Assembly: GCA_051362555.1 (NCBI GenBank)
Contig: CM120644.1
Coordinates: forward strand, 21,164,534-21,228,533
Direction: 5' to 3'
Length of the DNA: 64,000 bases
Origin: Lingula anatina
Taxonomy: Eukaryota; Animalia; Brachiopoda
Below, in pieces: positions 63,536-64,000 of this stretch. Position 1 is the first letter of the stretch. The number at the start of each line of letters is the position of its first letter. Under the pieces are notes generated by a model. It was given only the letters and a program-made list of their open reading frames with translations. It searched no databases and was not told where the DNA came from. The position numbers were made by a program, and so were the translations under genes.

Positions 63536-64000
63536 CGAGCCAGGTAATCGTTAAATGGTCCCAAATTGAACATGGGCATGAATAGAAGTGACGGGTACAT
63601 TTCCCTTCGAGATAATATCTTGCTTTTTTCATGTGTCTTCCTCATTTAGGACAGCCGCCGATAACAATAACGTCGTTACGAATGATAAAGCCGCGACCTG
63701 TGACTTCTATTTGCCGGCTTGATAACGCACCTTGAGCCAGGTGTAGAAATTAGACAAAAGGCCGACGTTCCCGCAATTAAGAACGGGAATTCACATCTTA
63801 ACCACCTATATTGTGAGTAACCGCTCGTAGGGGCGCACCATTGTTCCTATCTCCCATTGAGAGTGTTATCGGCAATGATATCCTGATCGTATCATTGTCT
63901 TGAATCAACTGACGCATTACCTTCATGTTTGAGCTGGACAACGACGAACTTTTCAAAAATTATCAAGTACCTCATTTTCAAGGTCGACGAAGTTTTCAAA

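Noticed and set aside
63925-64000. ORF start MFELDNDELFKNYQVPHFQGRRSFQ at the window edge
   Set aside because: Too short and truncated to support; an opposite-strand exon reading is equally possible.

Overview
AT-rich animal (probably marine invertebrate) genomic DNA with spliceosomal introns; no prokaryotic features. There are five main blocks. (1) 1-6.9 kb: MITEs, a Helentron-type non-autonomous element and decayed minus-strand exons. (2) 6.9-35.6 kb: a ~28.7-kb higher-order satellite made of 195-bp monomers grouped as 585-bp trimers and punctuated 14 times by the same cassette, which contains a splice-flanked 228-nt minus-strand exon. (3) 36.6-45.7 kb: a C2H2 zinc-finger gene with duplicated micro-exons and 15 homogeneous fingers. 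(4) 49.8-57.9 kb, the most striking feature: a tRNA-Gly(GCC) gene split in two by an ~8.05-kb insertion with 77-bp direct repeats and subterminal inverted repeats. The insert has no recognisable transposase but carries three paralogous SCP/aequorin/calerythrin-like EF-hand genes, one intact with a signal peptide and pro-region. This looks like a tRNA-targeted, cargo-carrying island in an animal genome. (5) 59.8-64 kb: a duplicated segment, 3' exons of a minus-strand gene and a CpG-rich tandem repeat. All comparisons were made by eye; no database searches were run.
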